Shown one piece after another: positions 62,606 through 64,000 of a DNA stretch of 64,000 nucleotides (positions within the stretch are counted from its first letter, which is position 1; each line of letters starts with the position of its first letter). Below the pieces are notes generated by a model, which saw only the letters and a program-made list of their open reading frames with translations, searched no databases and was not told the origin of the DNA. A program made the position numbers and the translations under genes. Source of the DNA: Octopus sinensis (taxonomy: Eukaryota); NCBI RefSeq assembly GCF_006345805.1, contig NC_043026.1, positions 11,098,001 through 11,162,000 on the forward strand, in the 5' to 3' direction.

Positions 62606-62908
62606 AGGGTTATAATGTGTGTGTTGAGGAAAGTTACAACAATAATCCTTAGCAAGTAGAATGTGATGCAGGTTCGATTTTTGGATGAACCCCTTTACAA
62701 TGATAATAATAATAATAATAATAATAATAACGAGAGTCTAATATTTATGAAAATATTTATTTGACATAATGAAAGAAGGCAAAAGATTGACGTCCTGGAA
62801 TAATTCCAAAAACCATCAACGAATTTTCTGAAACATCAAAACCAAGAACTTCAAAGACTTCATTATCATCCCATCTCAGGAGTAAATAGTTTTGAATATT
62901 TTCCGGTT

Positions 62909-64000
62909 TCAGGACTTCAATTTTTCAGATGTTTGCTGTTCAACATGCCCAGGTATTTGGTAAATACAGTTTGCTGTATCTATTATATAAACATATTCAC
63001 CAATTGTATGTAGATGAGGTGTTTGAATACAGAATTCCCCAACACAAAATTTGTCTTTTATTCTTATCCTCCTCACCAAAGACTTTTCCCTGAACCATTC
63101 CACAAAACAGAGATCATCAGCCCACTCTCCGTCCTCGTCCTCCTTCTTCCCCTCCCTCCTCACAACTACAACATCACCAAAAGATGTGACTCCCACATCA
63201 TCCACAAGCGCTTCTCCCTTCAACTTTTTATATCTTGCCATCTTCCCATGACACACTTCATCTTTACATTTCCCATCTTTGATATCAACTACATCGACAT
63301 AATAAGAGCCGTAGGCATCATTGTCATTGCAAAGGAAACAAAACTTCTCGTTGTACCATTTTTTTCTGTAGTTATTGTTTCTCTCGTCTTCAGTTAAGTC
63401 ACTGATATAATGACCACCACACACGAGTTGATTGTCGTTGTATTTATAAATCGTGCTGTAGTATTTCTCAGTTTTGATGGTATTTAAACAACACAGATCT
63501 CTATTGAAGACCATCATTTCTTTACCAAAGACAACTATGAATCGTTCATCTGTCCACCGACATATACCTAGTGGTTGTTGTTCTAGTTGTTTATGTTGAA
63601 GTATGTCGCCTGTTGTTGTTGTTGTTCTGATTAATGTGACACTTTCTCGAAACATCAACACACTCACATTCTCATCTAACTTAATTAGTTTACTGTTCAT
63701 GTCCCTGATGTCCCTAAAATCATAATCAACAGGTTCCTCGAATGCAGGAATGGAAAGAGGGACCATTGCTGTCCTATATGGAAGTCTCCTCACGGATATT
63801 TCATCAGTTCCTAACATACTCTCCGCTATGTAATTACCACATCTCACCTTTAATCTGCCTTTACCTATTATTTCACCTGATTTACCTCTTCTTCCTCCAT
63901 CTCCATCTCTTCCTCTGTATTCCAATTTATTAATTAATTCATTACTGAATATTTCCTTGTTCGTTTCAGATGTAATGGAAGGGAAATGAAGACCAGAATC
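62909..64000 (-). CDS. Partial CDS, beta-propeller (NHL-like) C-terminal domain; the frame is open to the window edge
   Basis: No stop codon from 64000 to TGA at 62909 (363 aa). The track start is TTG. Repeated blade-like motifs (PLGICRW..ERFIVV, VDDVGVTSFGDVVVV, GEYVYIID). The family call is inference. Confidence 0.6.
   Translation of the reverse strand, partial: DSGLHFPSITSETNKEIFSNELINKLEYRGRDGDGGRRGKSGEIIGKGRLKVRCGNYIAESMLGTDEISVRRLPYRTAMVPLSIPAFEEPVDYDFRDIRDMNSKLIKLDENVSVLMFRESVTLIRTTTTTGDILQHKQLEQQPLGICRWTDERFIVVFGKEMMVFNRDLCCLNTIKTEKYYSTIYKYNDNQLVCGGHYISDLTEDERNNNYRKKWYNEKFCFLCNDNDAYGSYYVDVVDIKDGKCKDEVCHGKMARYKKLKGEALVDDVGVTSFGDVVVVRREGKKEDEDGEWADDLCFVEWFREKSLVRRIRIKDKFCVGEFCIQTPHLHTIGEYVYIIDTANCIYQIPGHVEQQTSEKLKS

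Overview
Eukaryotic, AT-rich, repeat-saturated genomic DNA, most likely a cephalopod (Octopus-type SINE families and C2H2 array style; inferred, not searched). Genes: (1) a complete six-exon SPATA4-like gene on the minus strand (23660 to 3962, 243 aa), reconstructed by hand with consistent splice phases and a perfect RFX X-box upstream; (2) four single-ORF C2H2 zinc-finger genes arranged as two divergent pairs (29066-29989 -, 37583-38950 +, 47329-48501 -, 57274-58125 +) that share homologous non-coding splice sites; (3) a beta-propeller-like (NHL-like) ORF that runs off the right edge. The remainder is SINEs, LINE 3' fragments (RTE, CR1/L2, R4-like), mariner and Penelope remnants, MITEs (piggyBac, hAT, pogo, Mutator-like, Helitron-like), microsatellites and many tandem amplifications of TE pieces. 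Most notable: at least six unrelated repeat families carry minimal type I hammerhead ribozyme folds with palindromic stem III. These include compensatory G3-C8 and U3-A8 core variants, a tRNA-headed element ending in a hammerhead, and a six-copy hammerhead concatemer bounded by a single 11-bp target-site duplication (retrozyme-like). All folds were read by eye; activity is untested.
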